Positions 61,381 to 64,000 of a DNA stretch of 64,000 bases are shown piece after piece. Position numbers and translations under genes: made by a program. The stretch lies in NCBI GenBank assembly GCA_031428975.1, contig JANOYR010000062.1, positions 11,368 to 75,367 on the forward strand, read 5' to 3'. The notes below the pieces were generated by a model. It was not told the origin of the DNA. It saw only the letters and a list, made by a program, of their open reading frames with translations, and ran no database searches. Source of the DNA: Polaromonas sp. (GTDB lineage Bacteria; Pseudomonadota; Gammaproteobacteria; Burkholderiales; Burkholderiaceae_C). Position 1 is the stretch's first letter; each line of letters opens with the position of its first letter.

Positions 61381-61857
61381 ATGGCAGTTGTAGTCAACAA
61401 ATCCCTCCCCGAGTTTGAAGCCAACGCTACCAGCGGTATCAAAGTCAGCAATATCTCGCATCTGGGTAAAGTCATGGTGCTGTATTTTTACCCCAAAGAC
61501 AATACCCCCGGTTGCACCACCGAAGCCATGCAGTTTCGGGACAAATACAAAGATTTTGTTAAAGCCGGTGCCACCGTGTTTGGCGTAAGCCGCGACAACA
61601 TGAAGTCGCATGACGAATTCAAACTCAAACTAGAGTTACCTTTTGAGTTGATTGCCGACACGGAGGAAAAAATGTGCCACGGATTTGGCGTGGTTAAAAA
61701 TAAAATCATGTACGGCAAAAAAGTCAAGGGTATCGAGCGCAGCACCTTTTTAATTGGCGTGGACGGCATCTTGAAAGAAGAATGGCGCGGCCTCAAAGTC
61801 CCAGGCCATGTAGAAGAAGTGCTCAAAGCCGTCAAGGCGCTTAAAAAAGCCGCCTAA
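61381..61857 (+). CDS. bcp: Thiol peroxidase / peroxiredoxin Bcp
   Basis: 158-aa ORF. FYPKDNTPGCTTEA active-site motif. Confidence 0.9.
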   Translation: MAVVVNKSLPEFEANATSGIKVSNISHLGKVMVLYFYPKDNTPGCTTEAMQFRDKYKDFVKAGATVFGVSRDNMKSHDEFKLKLELPFELIADTEEKMCHGFGVVKNKIMYGKKVKGIERSTFLIGVDGILKEEWRGLKVPGHVEEVLKAVKALKKAA

Positions 61858-61977
61858 ATACACCGCATGTTCGCAGTGTTGATTCATTAATTTGACACAA
61901 TAAACGGTCAAAAGCCTGCATAATGAAGGCATGGTATCCATGCAACCAGTACCGACTCCTGATACAACTTGTCCGCG

Positions 61978-62012
61978 AAGCCGCCCTTTTTTGAGGCGGC
62001 TTTTTTGTTTTT
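61978..62012 (+). terminator. Rho-independent terminator
   Basis: AAGCCGCC (61978-61985) pairs with GGCGGCTT (61995-62002) across a 9-nt loop, followed by TTTTTTGTTTTT. It lies 120 nt after the bcp stop and 30 nt before the phoH2 ATG. Confidence 0.85.
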
Positions 62013-62041
62013 AAAACAAATCATCTGAAAGAGCCTCCCCC

Positions 62042-63847
62042 ATGCCACTGCCCACCGCTCCCTCTGCCCGCGCCAGCTTTCTAAGTACCCAAGACTATGG
62101 CACACCAGCCAAAGAGTCCACCAAACCAATGGTCAAATCGAGCGCCAGAAAACTGCGAGCAGATGATTTTGAGAGCGAGCAGTCTGTTCGGGCACTGCCC
62201 GTCTCAAAAATAAACAACACTACCCCCGCTTCTGATAAAACTGAGCCTCGTCAGCGTGTTAATAACACTTCTCGCTATAGCAATAATAGCAATTCATCGC
62301 CCAGCGCCCTCACCCAAGCACCGTTGGTCAGCCATGAAACAGCCCATCCTGTGATGGCTTTGCTACACGAACAACAAGCAGCGGTTCAAACTACCGCCCA
62401 ATCGCCAGCACCTGCCAAGCAGAAAAATACCAAGCCAACAGGACCGACCAAACTTTTTGTTCTCGACACCAATGTGCTCATGCACGACCCCATGAGCCTG
62501 TTTCGGTTTGAAGAACATGATATTTTCTTGCCCATGATAGTGCTGGAGGAACTCGATGGCCACAAAAAAGGCATGACCGAGGTAGCACGTAACGCGCGCC
62601 AAGTCAGCCGCACGCTGGACGCGCTGGCAGCAGTGCAAGGGGCAGACATGGCACAGGGGCTCAAACTGGATGCCACAGGCCACCGCGGTGTCAACGGGCG
62701 GCTGTTTTTCCAAACCCAGCCGCTTAATTACACCCTGCCGATTTCTCTGCCCCAAGGCAAGGCGGACAACCAAATTTTGGGGGTAGTGGGTGCGTTGGGC
62801 GAAATGCATAAGCCGCGCGAGGTGGTCTTGGTGTCAAAAGACATCAACATGCGCGTGAAAGCCCGTGCACTGGGCCTGCCCACCGACGACTACCAAAACG
62901 ACAAAACACTAGAAGACGGCGACTTGTTGTACACGGGCTCTTTGGCTTTGCCCCACCATTTTTGGGAGACACATGGCAAAGCAGTAGAAAGCTGGCAACA
63001 AAATGGCAATACGTTTTACCGCGTTGAAGGCCCGTTGGTGGCCAATTTCCTCATCAACCAATTCGTGTTTTTAGAGTCCCCCGGTGAGCCTGCGCTGTAT
63101 GCGCGGGTGACAGAAATCCGTGGACGCAGCGCCGTGCTGCGCACCCTCAAAGACTACAACCACAACAAAAATGCCGTCTGGGGCGTGACCACGCGCAACC
63201 GCGAGCAAAATTTTGCCATGAACATCCTGATGGATCCTGAGGTGGATTTGGTCACTCTAGCGGGCACTGCTGGCAGTGGCAAAACACTTATGGCGCTGGC
63301 CGCAGGCCTGACCCAAGTGCTCGATGACCGCCGCTACACCGAGATCATCATGACCCGCGCGACCGTGAGCGTGGGCGAAGACATTGGCTTTTTACCTGGT
63401 ACTGAGGAGGAAAAAATGGGGCCTTGGATGGGAGCACTCGACGACAATTTAGAATTTTTGACCAAAAACGACAGCAGCGGCCACGGCGCAAGCGGTACAG
63501 GCGAATGGGGCCGTGCTGCCACCAACGAGCTGGTGCGCTCCAAAATCAAGATCAAAAGCATGAACTTCATGCGTGGGCGCACTTTTTTGAACAAATACGT
63601 CATCATCGACGAAGCGCAAAATTTAACGCCCAAACAGATGAAAACCCTCATCACCCGCGCTGGGCCTGGCACCAAAATTGTGTGCATGGGCAATTTGGCC
63701 CAAATTGACACACCGTACCTGACCGAAGGTTCATCAGGCATGACCTTCGCGGTAGACAAGTTCAAAGGCTGGCCACACGGCGGGCATATTACCTTGGCGC
63801 GTGGCGAGCGGTCTAGGCTTGCAGATTTTGCCAGTGAAGTGCTTTGA
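62042..63847 (+). CDS. PIN-PhoH fusion protein (PhoH2 / YlaK-like RNA helicase-RNase candidate)
   Basis: 601-aa ORF. PIN region LFVLDTNVLMHDP..LEELD..SKDINMRVKA. PhoH ATPase region AGTAGSGKT (Walker A) and IIDEAQN (Walker B). The first ~135 aa are low complexity, so the true start could be an internal ATG. Confidence 0.85.
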   Translation: MPLPTAPSARASFLSTQDYGTPAKESTKPMVKSSARKLRADDFESEQSVRALPVSKINNTTPASDKTEPRQRVNNTSRYSNNSNSSPSALTQAPLVSHETAHPVMALLHEQQAAVQTTAQSPAPAKQKNTKPTGPTKLFVLDTNVLMHDPMSLFRFEEHDIFLPMIVLEELDGHKKGMTEVARNARQVSRTLDALAAVQGADMAQGLKLDATGHRGVNGRLFFQTQPLNYTLPISLPQGKADNQILGVVGALGEMHKPREVVLVSKDINMRVKARALGLPTDDYQNDKTLEDGDLLYTGSLALPHHFWETHGKAVESWQQNGNTFYRVEGPLVANFLINQFVFLESPGEPALYARVTEIRGRSAVLRTLKDYNHNKNAVWGVTTRNREQNFAMNILMDPEVDLVTLAGTAGSGKTLMALAAGLTQVLDDRRYTEIIMTRATVSVGEDIGFLPGTEEEKMGPWMGALDDNLEFLTKNDSSGHGASGTGEWGRAATNELVRSKIKIKSMNFMRGRTFLNKYVIIDEAQNLTPKQMKTLITRAGPGTKIVCMGNLAQIDTPYLTEGSSGMTFAVDKFKGWPHGGHITLARGERSRLADFASEVL

Positions 63848-63859
63848 GTTCCTGATTTG

Positions 63860-63897
63860 ATAGCACGCTGTGACTATTTGACGGTGACATTGGGCTG
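63860..63897 (+). repeat. 38-nt repeat family, copy G
   Basis: ATAGCACGCTGTGACTATTTGACGGTGACATTGGGCTG, 31/38 identical to copy B. It begins 12 nt after the phoH2 stop (63847). Confidence 0.88.
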
Positions 63898-64000
63898 AAA
63901 TCTCTTGAATTCTGTACTTTTTTATCTTGATGATGTCTTGCTGCTCTTGAAACTTGGTGGGCATGGTCGATTGCGGATGTGGCTATGACTCCGCTCATCG

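Noticed and set aside
61892-61924. TTGACA ... CATAAT as a confident sigma-70 promoter in the bcp-phoH2 spacer.
   Set aside because: The spacer between the hexamers is 21 nt, not 16-18. It is kept only as a weak element of the leader/sRNA hypothesis and is not reported as a feature.
1-64000. CRISPR arrays, rRNA or tRNA genes, prophage, integron or recognisable defence-system genes.
   Set aside because: The only repeats are kilobases apart rather than regularly spaced. No intergenic region is long enough for, or shaped like, a tRNA or rRNA. Apart from vapBC and the PIN-PhoH2 gene, no nuclease, helicase, methylase or integrase-type gene set is visible.
63898-64000. A possible minus-strand gene end, or small ORFs (63813-63998, 63734-63964), at the right edge of the window.
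   Set aside because: There is too little sequence and no motif. One of the frames is the read-through of repeat copy G. It cannot be supported from this window.

Overview
64-kb chromosomal window that looks like a Burkholderiales betaproteobacterium, probably Comamonadaceae-like. Core GC is about 58-68% by hand counts of sample lines. I call 63 protein-coding genes, including five intact Bug/TctC-type solute receptors. I found no rRNA, tRNA or CRISPR array. Left to right: (1) a LIV-type ABC importer with two tandem binding-protein paralogs, next to a VanA/VanB-type Rieske oxygenase pair, a GntR regulator and a MetE-like protein. (2) A ~15-kb sugar-acid oxidation locus: uronate dehydrogenase, two SMP-30 lactonases, a TRAP transporter, DHDPS-family and IlvD/Edd-family dehydratases, a KGSA-type aldehyde dehydrogenase and an RraA-like aldolase. 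(3) A ~14-kb low-GC (about 45-52%) aromatic-catabolic island. It is bounded by 48-nt imperfect direct repeats of the 3-prime end of a Bug gene and ends in an IS30 stump. It carries a CoA-dependent aryl-acid hydroxylation operon and a hydroxylase / extradiol dioxygenase / FAH / BKACE / SDR operon. (4) An amidohydrolase, flavin hydroxylase and LigW-type decarboxylase module with LysR regulators. (5) A housekeeping block moaE-moaD-moeA-mobB-thrC ... hom-alaA. Between thrC and hom it is interrupted by vapBC, an atypical ABC protein and a low-GC LysR-Bug-lyase-SDR module. (6) A DUF498 gene, bcp and a PIN-PhoH2 gene. The most unusual signal is non-coding. Nine copies of a conserved 38-nt non-palindromic repeat (core TGACCATATGACGGTGACATT) are present. 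Seven sit at stop codons in a fixed orientation relative to transcription, and two are embedded in coding sequence. All functional calls rest on my own motif and family recognition from the translations; no database search was possible.
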